Assembly (NCBI GenBank): GCA_030141605.1 | Contig: JAQGDQ010000594.1 | Coordinates: 62,001-126,000 of the forward strand | DNA length: 64,000 bases | Direction of reading: 5' to 3' | DNA from: Tubiluchus corallicola | Taxonomy: Eukaryota > Animalia > Priapulida | Shown: positions 11,541 to 24,325 of the stretch, one piece after another | Layout: the number at the start of each line of letters is the position of its first letter | Position numbering within the stretch: the first letter of the stretch is position 1 | The notes under the pieces: model-generated | The model's input: the letters and a program-made list of their open reading frames with translations, nothing else | Databases searched by the model: none | What the model was told of the DNA's origin: nothing | Made by a program: the position numbers and the translations under genes

Positions 11541-11774
11541 CTAAATGGTAATGTTCATATTGAAGTGGCTGTGACTGTAGTCAACAGCAAAACAATTTTC
11601 TGACAAAGAATTCCACAGGGAAGAGGCTTGAGGGAAAAATTTCTGCATCAAATCTCCCTTTAATAAAATGTACCCATTAGCACTCTTAAATCGTTTGAGG
11701 TTGTAGTTTAACAGGAACCAATTATCTGGTAAGGAATTCCACAGATGTGCAGGTATAGAAAAAATTGATGACAA
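11541..11774 (-). mobile_element. Degraded LINE 3' fragment with a duplicated LWNSL motif
   Basis: LWNSLPDNWF..YNLKRFKS and FFPQASSLWNSLSENCF resemble CR1/Jockey-type ORF2 termini. Confidence 0.55.
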
Positions 11775-11833
11775 TTTATATTGAGTTTTGCATTTCTATG
11801 CTGTTTTTGTAATTATGATTCTTAATGTTTCAG

Positions 11834-12599
11834 AACTTTGACTGGAAAAGGATCCAGCAAATTTACCGTCAGCATTAATAGTTGTGACATCAAGCAACTC
11901 GAGCACGTCGTCGTTGTAGTCAGCATCAACAGCACGCGTCGCGGCAGCTTACAGATCAGTCTCACTTCTCCGTCTGGCATGTTGTCACTGTTGTTGACAC
12001 GACGACGGCACGATACGAACACGGGAGGGTTCGCATCTTGGACGATGAGTTCTGTCCACTTCTGGGGAGAAGATCCTCACGGAGAGTGGACGCTGACTGT
12101 ATCCGTCGATGGCGAGGCACTGGACGATGACTGGACTGAAGTTAGCAGATTTACATTGAAATTATTTGGAATAAGTTCCGTAATTAAACAGTCGCCCGTG
12201 GATGCGCACGGGGCGGCCACAAATGCATCGAAGGGGTCAGCTCGATTACTGTCACCCCGGGAAGTAGAGATGATATTTGATCACGAATTTGGAAATAAAA
12301 CCATTAAAAAATCATCGCAAGATCATTGCGAAAATGATGACTGCAAAAAAATTCCAGAGAACAGCAATGAAAATGTTCTTGACGAAATCTTCGATGCCTC
12401 CAACAACGAGGCAAAAGAGGAGCCGGACGGCAAGCGAGTGAGTGAGAAAAATGTAAGAGGAAGTGCCTGCTCACTCGCAGTTTCGGAAGAAGCTCCGGCA
12501 TCATCGGAGGTGGCCTATAGAAAGTGCAAGGAAGGGGTGCTGATGTTGTCTAAGCAGCTCTGTCCAAACGGAAGCTGCGGTGTCTCTAACGAGTTGTGA
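11834..12599 (+). CDS. Proprotein convertase terminal exon: P domain plus hydrophilic tail ending SNEL
   Basis: tttcag| phase 2; LEHVVV..RRGSLQISLTSPSG..W.MSSVHFWGEDP.GEW.L P-domain motifs; stop TGA 12597-12599. Confidence 0.95.
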
Positions 12600-13013
12600 A
12601 CAATCTTTTTATTTATATTTAAGTGCATGTATTTCTATTTAATTTCTACATAACTTAGTGTAATATTTGTTTTATCATGGATAACGAGTCTAATTTTACT
12701 GGAATCTATTCATGCAACATGCGCGATCTATATTTCAGTCAGATTAGATATTATCTACAAGTATTCTACAAAAAAGTTATGTAATATTTACATAGTTTAT
12801 ATTTAATATGTTTATTTAGTCTTATAAGTCTTTAGTCTTAGTTAATAAGGAAATTTGTGCCCTGCCATTAGCCTTCTATCCTGGAAATAATGATTATTAT
12901 AATTATTAACGGAAAACTGGGCGATTCGTTAGACAATTTCATTTTAATTTATTGTTCGATATTTACATTTTTTGCTTAAAAAAGTTAGCAGTTGTTTCTG
13001 ATATTTGAATAAG

Positions 13014-13385
13014 TACCTTGGAAAGTTAATTAACAGCAAACGAACACAGCTATTGCTTACATCGCAAACTAGCCATGGACAGTTTGTGCAATGGTAGGCA
13101 TCTTCTCTGCATGTCAAGCACGTTTGCGGAAGCGAAGATTGCTATAAGACACTGATGTGATGTCACAAAAATAAGCTCTATGTCACACTCACGTCATAGA
13201 CGAACACTACAGTTCATGGTCACGCTTATCACGGTACCGCACCTATTTGTTAACCACGCGAACGTGAGAAAAGGCACCATTGCCAGTCTTAGTGGATTTG
13301 TTGAGTCGCACGTAACTTTGAAAGTTTAATGAAATTTAACTATCCATGGTAATTATTAGTTAATGGAAGCTTTCATTTTGAAAAG
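13014..13385 (+). mobile_element. Dispersed repeat family C (second copy about 43289-43655)
   Basis: Both copies begin TACCTTGGAAAGTTAATTAAC.GCAA.CGAACACAGCTAT and stay colinear for about 370 bp. Confidence 0.82.
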
Positions 13386-14484
13386 CTGTTCTAGTTTTCA
13401 ATATTTTTGTGCATGCTTTGTTTTGAACTAATGTCTACACGATAGCCTGGTTTTCCTTTAAGGCCTACAGGTGGGTCAGCCAGTTCTGCGTTACTGGCAG
13501 TATAAGCCCTCCAGTCCATTACTCATGAATAGTCAGTATCATCCATTTTCAGCAGCTTATAGAAAAACAACATGCTTCTTTATAAAAATTAGTGCTTAAT
13601 TACCTGTAATTAAGGTACTAATTACTAAAACACAAATTAAAATTCGTAATTTGGCTTTAACATTCAGGCCAGTGCATTGATCTCTCGCTAATCCCGTCGG
13701 ACGTGCCGCAAAGTCGATATGTCCGCTGATCAGCCGCGTGTTTGGAAAGCGAAGATTAGGATTGCAGAAATCCTGCCATAATCTTATCTTGCCGCATTAA
13801 ATCCAGATGCGGATCGGTTCCCTTTAAGCCCCTACGGAAGGCGCCAGTTCTCGGCAGATTACTGCAAAACTCATTCAGTCGTATTTCATTGTAAAATTCC
13901 TGTATAAATTTGCCGTTTGATTGCAGAAGGCTTAATCTTCAAATGAAGTTTTTATGTGCATCGGCGGGTGCATTTTCCACGTCTTGAAGCAACATATTGT
14001 CTGTAAAGAGATTTCTGCATTAGTTGGCTGTTTAGTTCAAATCAATTCTCGCGATTCCATAAGTATTTCAGCGGGGTGAAACCTATTTGATGCATCAATC
14101 AAATTTCAGCCCTTTTCTCTGGGCCTGATGCATGATAGTTAAGTCATTTTAGTTTTTTTGCCTATTGTATGTTCATTTAGGAATCATTGCTGCCTTTGTT
14201 CTTGTTATGAGAGTAATTTATTTTTGTTGTATGTAAGAGATATGTTATTGCATTATGTGTCGATAAATTATTTTTTGTGACATTTTTAAGCCAAAGATAA
14301 GGTTGTGATTTTAAATTATTTTTGTTTTCAAAAAAGATTTAATTTTTTTATTTTAGAATTTTCTAATGATTTATCAGTTTATGATTAGAATGCACATGAA
14401 TTTTATAGACTTTTTATTGAATAAAAATTGTTAATGTATTGATATAATAATAAAAGATGTGGTAAGAATCCAAAGTCAGCAATA

Positions 14485-15090
14485 CACATTGTTTTTGTCA
14501 TTGCTTCACTTTATTTTATTGTCTTTGTCATTGTTTCACATTGTTTTCATTGTCATTGTCATTGTTTCACTTTATTTTCATTGTTTTTGTCATGGTTTCA
14601 CTTCGTTTTCATTGCCATTGTCATTCTTTTACGTCGTTTGCATTGGCTTTGTCCTTGTCCTTGTTGTTGTTTCACATTACTTTCATTGTCTTTGTCATTG
14701 TCTCACTTTGATCATTGTCTATGTCATTCTTTCACTTTGTTCTTATTGTCTGTGTCATTGTTTCACATTGTTTAAATTGTCTGTCATTGTTTCACTTTGA
14801 TCATTGTCTATGTCATTCTTTCACTTTGTTCTTATTGTCTGTGTCATTGTTTCACATTGTTTAAATTGTCTTTGTCATTGTTTCACTTTGATCATTGTCT
14901 ATGTCATTCTTTCACTTTGTTCTTATTGTGTGTGTCGTTGTTTCACACTGTTTAAATTGTCTTTGTCATTGTTTCACTTTGATCATTGTCTATGTCATTC
15001 TTTCACTTTGTTCTTATTGTGTGTGTCGTTGTTTCACATTGTTTAAATTGTCTTTGTCATTGTTTCACTTTGATCATTGGCTTTGTCTTT
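14485..15090. repeat. T-rich minisatellite with about 30-bp subunits and a higher-order period of about 91 bp
   Basis: TTTCACTTTGATCATTGTCTATGTCATTC recurs at about 91-bp spacing. Confidence 0.85.
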
Positions 15091-16059
15091 GTTTCTGTTT
15101 TTGCGTATGTTGCAGTTCGTTTAACGTTTTGCTATTCCAATCATTGAAAGATGTTATTAGGAATCCCATTATGCGAGAGTTATTGAGTTATTATCATTCA
15201 AATTTACTTTGTGAACAAACTTTCCGGCAAAATTGCAAAAGCAAATTTAGTTGTGAGTAGGAATACTAATGCCTTGTTCACATTTTAACTGTTACCGAAT
15301 ATTTCTCCTTTGAAATTGTTTGCAAAACAAGAATTCGTCAGAAGACAATTGAAATCTGTAATTGCAGAACGAGCTTTATTTTAGAATAATAGCAACAATT
15401 GCAACGACGAGAGGGGTAATCAAGCAGTAATGGTGCATGATCTGTGACCGAATGTCGAGGTTGCTCGGTGAATGAATAGGTGACCACTGGGTCCAATGCC
15501 CATTTTGGGCAGTTTGGTTCGCCGTGCTGATCCTGGCTGTTTACTCGTCGATTCAGATTGCATTAACAGACGAGCCTGTCGGTTCAGTGGCTCATCATAA
15601 GAAGATTAATCTTGATTAATGAGACAGAAAAGCTTTCTAATGCATTTAACGACAATGACGTAAATAATTCTCTCAGTCCTCTGTGATATGACTGCAATCA
15701 GCTTACATTAATGTTAGCTAAGGCTTGGTAAATAGCTTCTACGCTCCTAATGTATAAGTTAACACTTATATGCCTTCTGTAATAAGGTGTGGCCTAACAT
15801 GGCTTCACATATTCACGACATATCATTTCAGCAGCACTAGATATTTATGGCTTCATTCTGGTATGGGGGTAAGTTTGCATATAATCGATAACAACTGATA
15901 ATGCAAGACAAATATATCGATTAGGGTGAGAGTCTATTTCACACGCTGCATGAGGCCAATTTTGCAGGAGCTAAAGCTCTTAAAGTCAAACCAAATTCTC
16001 ACTGTAAAATAAGCTTTTACAACTTCAATTTCTACTCTCATTACGAATGTTCAATTTAT

Positions 16060-16305
16060 TTTATTATAAATTTACTGCAAAACGTGTTTCGTTTGATTTT
16101 TTTATCATTTCGTTGTTAGCAGTATTAAATTTGAAGAACCGCCATTTTTCGTTGTGCGAGACGAATGACGTAATGAGTGCAGTCACGAGGTCACCAAAGA
16201 CGCTTTCTGTACCTCGTACGTCATTCTCGTTCAATCGCGCCAAACACGTGAAACATGGCAATTTTACGGCAAGGCAGACTTTCGAAATGTAAGGTCATTT
16301 AATTC
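16060..16305 (+). mobile_element. Dispersed repeat family D (second copy about 44620-44850)
   Basis: Shared GACGTAAT.AGTGC.GTCACGAGGTCACCAAAGA...TTTCTGTACCTCGTA...CGCCAAA.AC.TGAAACATGGC. Confidence 0.75.
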
Positions 16306-17277
16306 AACTGTGTTAACTCAAAGCACGAACAAACGCCCTCATAAAACATACACATAGTTGTTTATTATTAGGGCTGGGTGATTTTTGAGGCTGGCCTAAG
16401 AATAAAGGGCCGAAATGTAAAATTTTAAGCTTGCTATCTGTTTTACGAAAGCATATGTTCAATTGTTCATGCTTTAGGTTATCACCATCAATCTCATTGG
16501 GCACCATACTCTTGGAAAGTGTGAGCGAGCGAACTGCAGCTGCTGCTACTACTAAATGATAGTTACTACGATTCAGTAACGTTTCAGAAAAAATCGTTTA
16601 ACATTGCAGTCAAGTAAAAATGCAATAATTTTATTGTATTTGTAATTTACAACCGTTTTTGCCGTTTAAAGTGCACCAGCTACGATTACAGTGGCCCTGT
16701 AATAATCAAGGGAGTCTTGCACTTGCAAAATATTTAAGAAGCTTACGACTAAAAAGCACACCATAATGAGACATCGCAAACCTTCTCTCATATTAAGGTT
16801 ACTATTTTCTGTAATGGCACACTACTTTCATTACAAATACAATCGATAATTCTCGTTTTCAACTAAGTACAAGGGCTAACAACACACAACATAAACACAG
16901 ATCTTTATACAAGACATATGTGCTGCCAACAACATCATCAATGTATTTTACATTATGCATGTACTGGCATCAACATAATTATTTCCAATTGTGGGCAGAA
17001 ATTGTTAAACATTCGCCAGTTCTTCTAGTTAGCGTAAACAATTGGGTTTGTAGGCTTGCAATGGAGTGAAATAAATTAAAGTGAATTGAACATTATCCCG
17101 TATGCTACGACTTTAGCCATGCTTTCCAACCAAAGTAGGCCCTCTGATGAGAAAACGGGTGATATGGGCGTATTTTTCTATCTGCAATCGTATTAGTTCC
17201 TCAACTTAAAAATATCTTAAAAAGTACCTTGTAATTATTTTAGCAACAGTTACTGCTAATAAAGCATCTTTAGAGAA

Positions 17278-17820
17278 AGAACCACAGATAAGTTCAACAC
17301 AGAACCACAGATAAGTTCAACGTAGAACTACAGATAAGTTCAACGCAGAACTACAGATAAGTTCAACGCAGAACCACAGATTAGTTCAACGCAGAACCAC
17401 AGATAAGTTCAACGCAGAACCACAGATAAGTTCAACGCAGGACCACAGATAAGTTCAACACAGAACCACAGATAAGTTCAACGTAGAACTACAGATAAGT
17501 TCAACGCAGAACCACAGATAAGTTCAATGCAGAACCACAGATAAGTTAAACGCAGAACCACAGATAAGTTCAACGCAGAACTACAGATAAGTTCAATGCA
17601 GAACCACAGATAAGTTCAACGCAGAACTACAGATAAGTTCAACGCAGAACTACAGATAAGTTAAACGCAGAACTACAGATAAGTTCAACGCAGAACTACA
17701 GATAAGTTCAATGCAGAACCACAGATAAGTTCAACGCAGAACTACAGATAAGTTCAACGCAGAACCACAGATAAGTTAAACGCAGAACTACAGATAAGTT
17801 CAACGTAGAACTACAGAACT
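17278..17820. repeat. 23-bp minisatellite (AGAACCACAGATAAGTTCAACGC)n, about 23 copies
   Basis: Seen directly; starts about 190 bp downstream of the receptor stop codon. Confidence 0.95.
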
Positions 17821-18006
17821 GCTCTATTCGCCAAAATTTTTAACAAATTTTGGGAACGACGTTCTACTGCACTTGATGAAAATGTATGAATCTTCCATTG
17901 TGAAAGAATAAATAGAAAAATTAAACTATAACTTTAACTATGTTTACGTATTTTCTGGAAAACTACAGTCAATGTTGATATGCCATAGATAATTCATTGA
18001 GCAGTT

Positions 18007-18659
18007 CTACAACGCACTGGTCTTGTGATTAGATTCCTTCCCCGAAAATTCAAAAGTGGACGTGTGGTCCAAAGCAGGGGTCCATCGTTCACCGTGCGCC
18101 TTCCTGCGGTCACCGTTGCTTTCGCTTGACGCTTGACGATACAACGGCTTGCCTGGGCCACGGGGCTTGGCGCGTCCTAACATGTTCGACGTGCGCCCTC
18201 TCTCGGTGGAACTGGTAACGATGCTGTTCGCAGTGATGGGCATGGCCTGGGAGGCCAGTCTTATGCTGCCTTGACTGTACAGTTCTTTGTCTAAGCAACA
18301 GAACAGCAATCTGCGAATTTCTCGCTGAAAACTGATGCTGTACGTTCCATATAGGACCGGATTGACGCAAGAATTTGACACAGAAAAAACAAACAATATT
18401 TCTTGAACAACAATATTGACACGATTGTCTAATGACTGGGGGGATATAAAGAACCAGATGCTTTGCACATAATAGGGCGTCCAGCACAGGATGAAGGCGG
18501 AGACGATCATAATCGCCATCATCAACGTCCTCATTTTAGCTCTGTTGTAACTGGTCGTGTCCGAGCGACGTAAGACCACAGGCGTGGCTGATGTCCAACA
18601 GAAGCCACAAAATGACGTGTTCTTCTGTGATTGGTTATGGTCCATTCCCACTGCATCTG
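18007..18659 (-). CDS. GnRH-superfamily GPCR (ACP/AKH receptor-like), last exon: ICL3, TM6, TM7, C-tail
   Basis: RAKMRTLMM..IVSAFILCWTPYY and SNSCVNPVLYG motifs; tttcag acceptor, phase 1 matching the previous exon; stop TAG at 18007. Confidence 0.93.
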
Positions 18660-18704
18660 CTGAAACAGTCATTTAAATGATTGTTAATGTAAGTGAAGTT
18701 AACG

Positions 18705-19240
18705 TTAAGTTAAGTTAAGTTAAGTTAAGTTAAGTTAAGTTAAGTTAAGTTAAGTTAAGTTAAGTTAAGTTAAGTTAAGTTAAGTTAAGTTAAGTTAAGT
18801 TAAGTTAAGTTAAGTTAAGTTAAGTTAAGTTAAGTTAAGTTAAGTTAAGTTAAGTTAAGTTAAGTTAAGTTAAGTTAAGTTAAGTTAAGTTAAGTTAAGT
18901 TAAGCTAAGCTAAGCTAAGCTAAGCTAAGCTAAGCTAAGCTAAGCTAAGCTAAGCTAAGCTAAGCTAAGCTAAGCTAAGCTAAGTTAAGTTATGTTAAGT
19001 TAAGTTAAATTAAATTAAGCAAACTTAAATTTTGCTAAGTCAATTTAAGCCAACTCAAGTCAAATTAGGTTAAGTTAAGTTAAATTTCATCTAATTAAAT
19101 CAAATCAAGTCAAGTCAAGTAAAGCCAAGTCAAATCAAGACAAGTTAGGTTAATTTAAGTTATGTTAAATTTAGTTTCACTTCAAGTCAAGTGAAGTTAT
19201 GTTAGGTTAAGTGAAATGAAGTTAAGTAAAGTGAGGTGAC
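18705..19240. repeat. (TAAGT)n/(TAAGC)n pentamer microsatellite with degenerate flank
   Basis: Seen directly. Confidence 0.95.
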
Positions 19241-20223
19241 CATGCCATAGAGGGACATACCGCACATTACCACACTAAACCACTTCACACCACCCCAGCC
19301 CAGCCCACACCACACTACACACTACGCACGCCTCACCATACTGTAATGATGGCAATCTTAATGTATCTTAATCTCAAACTACAGGGACTAACAATAGATT
19401 TGAAAAAAAATCCGTTTTAAGGACTGTAGAAACATTCATCTGGGTTTATTGTCCTGCATTTGGACACATTTAGAAAAACGTGGATGACATTGTGAGGCTT
19501 AGACGTCATAACGTTGATGGTCACTTAAGTTTAATGGTAATTACCGCTCATGTTTAATTGACTGGAATTTACTCTTGGCTTAAAGCAATAAGACAATCCG
19601 ACGTTGGAAGGAAATCAAATTTCTGGAAAGTCGTTATAAAATTTTCAAAACTCCATTATGGAATTACTGAAACGGCTCTTAAACTGATTAAAGTGGCTGG
19701 TTCAGTCCACAGACGGTTAAAACTTATTAAGAACATTGAAAGAACGTTGATCATTGTCCAGATACGTGATATTTGACCGGAAGTTGAGGGCCTGTCATTT
19801 CAAGAGTTTCAAGAGTTTTATTCATTTTCCACATTGCATCATTACAATTAGCATTAAAATACAGATAATTTTCCATTTGAGTAAATATAAATATAAATAT
19901 GAATAAATGCAATATTATTAAGAAATTTCATAATGCGGGATATACATGTGCAAATTTCATTACAGAATAATTTTTTGATGCATACAGTTTGAGCCTAAAA
20001 GCATAGCTTGACAGGCCAAACTGTATGTGGAAATCTTAAAAAAAAATGGTGGGGGGGAGTAGTGAATGAAAGATGAAATGGAGCGAGAAACTAAGAAAAA
20101 CTGTGATCATGGTTACAAAGTGTTCAGTATCCTGTTAGACATAGTCACGTTATATTAAGATTACTGTAGCAAAAAATGCATGAACTAGCTGATTGTTGTT
20201 GTTTTCGAGATGAGTGAAATTTC

Positions 20224-20600
20224 AATAAGCCTTCTCACAGTTTCGTTTGGCGCTGATGTAGGCCAAAGGTTTAGTGTACCACAGCAACGCGTCTTAACTA
20301 CAACGGTTAGATGACATCGGGTAAAGTAAATCCGGCTGCCGCATCAGTTCAGTAACTTCAGTTGTTTTACTTTAGACTGAACTGTGGACTTTACTTACTT
20401 ATGCATTACTCTGTTTGTAAAGTGATTTACTACCAGGTTCTTGCTTGACAAATAGAAAAAATGAACCAGGTAAGGTTCTAGCTAGCTGTTAAAACTGTTA
20501 TTATTACAACAGCACGGGCTGCGAGGCGTTGTCCGGTACACGTAACCTTTGAACTTTTCACGATCATCATCAATTATTTGAACTGTGAAAAAGGCTTATT
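20224..20600 (+). mobile_element. MITE family A, copy with both TIRs
   Basis: AATAAGCCTTCTCACAGTT ... AACTGTGAAAAAGGCTTATT. Confidence 0.88.
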
Positions 20601-21074
20601 AGCATCACTATAATTTTGGACATTTGTTATTATGAAGCCAAGGGGGATTTTTCTTTTTACAGCAACAGTACAAGTGAAACGGTCAAAATTGTGTTTCGTC
20701 CAACCAAACGCTAACCAAGACCAGCGTGACTTAACTTTGGTCGCTAAGTATAAGTTGTAACTACACAATGTTTCTTCACGTGTAAGCAGAGTGCAACAGG
20801 AAAATGCTAAGCTTATCTTGGTGAGCAACTTTCCACCCCCCCCCCATCACTTGGGGTTAAATATTATATATACCGAATTTTTTGAAACTTGAGTTTAAAT
20901 TCTAGTTTGCCTTTGACGTGACCTTTAACCAATTTTGCAAAGTCAAAATGCTTGACAACACATAATTCTCAAGGCAAAGCACAGAGCGTCTCTGTTAAAA
21001 ATTTAGCAGATTTCTAAACTCCACTTATCACAGGGGACACGTGGCGGCATCACATAGATGAAAAATAAACAAAT

Positions 21075-21802
21075 GAAAAAAGACAAGTAATTTAGCATGT
21101 TGGGAAGCATTATTGCCACTTGAACTTGGAAAACATAACAAAGAAATTTGCAGAAAACTGTATATAAAGCATAGAGTTTCATTCATACTACCGGTGTACG
21201 GAAATTTTCAGGCGTGCTTGTAGCCGCCATTCACTTGAAAATCACGACATAACTGGTGGGCTTGGTAACTTTTCGTAAGTGCATCGTGACTTTCCACAAG
21301 CGCGCGTTGCTTAGACTCATCTTACCCATGTAGGATATCATGAAATATATCACAAAATTAACTATCTATTTTTTTGTAAAATTGTTTCAAGCGTGATTCA
21401 CTCGAAAATTATATCGTAACTGGAAGACTTCGTAACTTTTCGTAAGGGTGTCGTGGCTTTCCGTAAGCGCAAGCTGCTTATTAAACTAATTCAAACTTCT
21501 GCAGCTTAGCTAATGTTCACGCAAAATACTACAAAATTAGCTATCTATTTTTTTGGTAAAAACTTATTATAGTTTTGATGGAGATTGACAGTGCGCTACT
21601 TTTCTTCAAGATGAATGACGTCACTGGAAGAAGAATTGGCGTTCAAAATGGGAGCGACCAAGTATAGAATGATCGCGACTTTAAAGTGATTTTACTAGTT
21701 ACACGAGGCGCTTATTGCAGTTTTATCATTAAAATACTTCTAACATTTTTGCGAACATCAAAATAACCCCAACTTCCCAAAAATATTGACCTTTCCTTTG
21801 AA
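21075..21802 (+). mobile_element. Family E copy (Kolobok-like) with internal duplication
   Basis: Colinear with 52033-52496 (GCCGCCATTCACTTGAAA..., GATCGCGACTTTAAAGTGATTT.ACTAGTTACACGAGGCGCTTATTGCAG). Confidence 0.72.
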
Positions 21803-22584
21803 AGATCGCTTTGCTCACCTGAGTAAAGAGGAGCTGTGTTGAATAATGATTTTGATGAAATTGGCGATTAAATTATTTAACTTACTAACTCAAGATCAAA
21901 TGCTTGACAAGAAGCCTAGTTAGGTGTGGCATCACGTGACCAGCCGATCTTCGACCGGCTGACTGACTCATGCTGATGAAAACCTAATGCGCAGAAGCTC
22001 ACGGCGCATTAGAGAGTTAGTCAAAAGTGTTTGATGCCCGCACCTCGGGGGGAGATTAGGAACTGACTTGGAGACGGAGGGCTGGCATTACTATCCTATG
22101 ATATTTACTCTGTTGTGTTTAATATTTAATAAGTGTTGCTCCTTAACTGAAGTCTTGATAGTTTGCCATGCCCGTCGTGGCTACTCACACGCTACGCTAT
22201 TTATTTATTTTATTTATTTATTTTTATTTATTTATTAAACATATCCTCAATGATCATTACAGCATTGTACATAAAAGTATTTAATAATATATTTATTATT
22301 ATGTGCACAAGATGCCAAGCCGCAAATGACCCGTGGGGTACTCAAGAAGTAATTACTTGTTTAGAGTACCCCAAATGAATGTGGACTGAGTGTAATAGAA
22401 AAGAGCAGTAAAGGAGTAGAAGGAAAGGTTACTAGAGAATAAAAAGAAGGAGAAAGATGTGGTGGTATCTGTATGAGTAACATGACCTATAGAAATGTAA
22501 AAAATGACATTTCTATAAACAACAATAATCAGCAAGCAGGTTTAACCACAAAATAAACAATTAATAACCTAACTATTCTACTAC

Positions 22585-22795
22585 CTGGATGTGACGGAAT
22601 GGTGGTATCGCTCATGATCTTGCAAAGAATAGTGCTGTAGACGATGGTTATACACATGAGTGGAATGAGATAGAGAGCCAGAACACAGAACACGTTGTAA
22701 GCCAGCTCACGCTGAGGCGATGTGAACGAGTTGACGGTAATACATTGAACAAACCATGTATGATCCGGATGACTCACTGTGTGAAATACAACTGC
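22585..22795 (-). CDS. ACP/AKH receptor-like GPCR, middle exon: ECL2 and TM5
   Basis: ttcag|AVVFHTVSHPDHTWFVQCITVNSF...ELAYNVFCVLALYLIPLMCITIVY...HP|gtagta, phase 0/1. Confidence 0.93.
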
Positions 22796-22844
22796 CTGAA
22801 ATCAAGAGGATAATTCAATAACTAACTTCATTATTATAATCGCT

Positions 22845-23310
22845 ATGACGTCATCACCGACACCATCATCACATTTACCACCACCACCATCATCATTATT
22901 ATCATATTTATCGTCATTATCATTATTGTCACCATCATCACATTTACCACCACCACCATCATCATTATTATCATATTCATCATCATTATCATTATTATCA
23001 CCATCATCACATTTACCACCACCACCACCACCACTATCATTATTATCATATTCATCATTATTATCACCATCATCACATTTACCACCTCCATCATCATCAT
23101 TATTATCATATTCATCATCATTATCGTTATTATCACCATCATCACATTTACCACCACCATCATCATCATTATTATCATATTCATCATCATTATCATTATT
23201 ATCACCATCATCACATTTACCACCACCATCATCATCATTATTATCATATTCATCATCACTATCATTATTATCACCATCATCATCACCATCACCACCATCA
23301 ACATCATAGT
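22845..23310. repeat. CAT/CAC-rich tandem repeat, period about 60 bp
   Basis: CACCATCATCACATTTACCACC recurs at regular spacing. Confidence 0.9.
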
Positions 23311-23784
23311 CATAACTAGATTTTAACAGAATTGAACAAAATCTAGACCATTCATATTTAATAAGCTGCTTTTAAACTGCCTTTGCTAATTTTGCTTTTA
23401 ACTATTCTATAACATATTTTTATTTTACTTTTAGTTCTTATATCACCAGTTGTAGACAAGAATTTTGTCGAAATATTGCCAATAAGTAAGCTGTTTGTTC
23501 TGTCCACCTGACATAAAGAGTGAGTAATTTGTAAATCCCAACAATATAAAATGGATAATGATCATCATCATAATCATTGTCACAACCGCCACCATCTTCA
23601 TTATCATTAATATCGTCATCATCAGTCGTCGTCGTCGTCATCGTCATAACCATCATTGTCACACTATCGTCATCATAATCATCAACGTCATCTTAATGAA
23701 AGTCATGATTGCTGTTAAACTGTGTTCAATAATCATAATTTCCCTGCTGCTCCATAGTGTAGGATCTTACTAGAGAAACGTCAG

Positions 23785-24325
23785 AGAAACATGGTGAAAA
23801 AAATTTAATTCGTATAATCAGTGCACTCAAAATACTAATTCGTGCACATGAAATACTAATTTGTGGCCACGAAATCCTAATCCGTGCGCATGAAATACTA
23901 ATTCATGGCCATGAAATAATAATCCGTGTGCATGAAATACTAATCCGTGCCCACGAAATACTAATCCTTGCCCACGAAATACTAACTCGTGGACACGAAA
24001 TACTAATCCGTGCACACGAATACTAATCCATGCACAAGAAATACTAATCCGTGCATACGAAATACTAATCCATGCACAAGAAATACTAATCCGTGCACAC
24101 GAAATACTAATCCGTGCACACGAAATGCTAATTCGTGGCCACGAAATACTAATCCGTGTGCACAAAATATTAATTTGTGGCCACGAAATACTAATCCGTG
24201 CGCATGAAGTACTAATGCATGGCTACGAAATACTAATCCGTGCCCACGAAATACTAATCCATGTGTACGAAATACTAATCCATGTGTACGAAATACTAAT
24301 TCAAACTTGAGTGTCATGGTTCCTT
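23785..24325. repeat. 21-bp minisatellite (CACGAAATACTAATCCGTGCA)n in a probable non-autonomous transposon; inverted terminal fragment at about 25497-25569
   Basis: Unit seen directly. ACATGGTGAAAAAAA and a repeat unit are mirrored at 25.5 kb. Confidence 0.8.

Noticed and set aside
18705-18985. Interstitial telomeric repeat
   Set aside because: Units are TTAAG/CTAAG, not the arthropod TTAGG.
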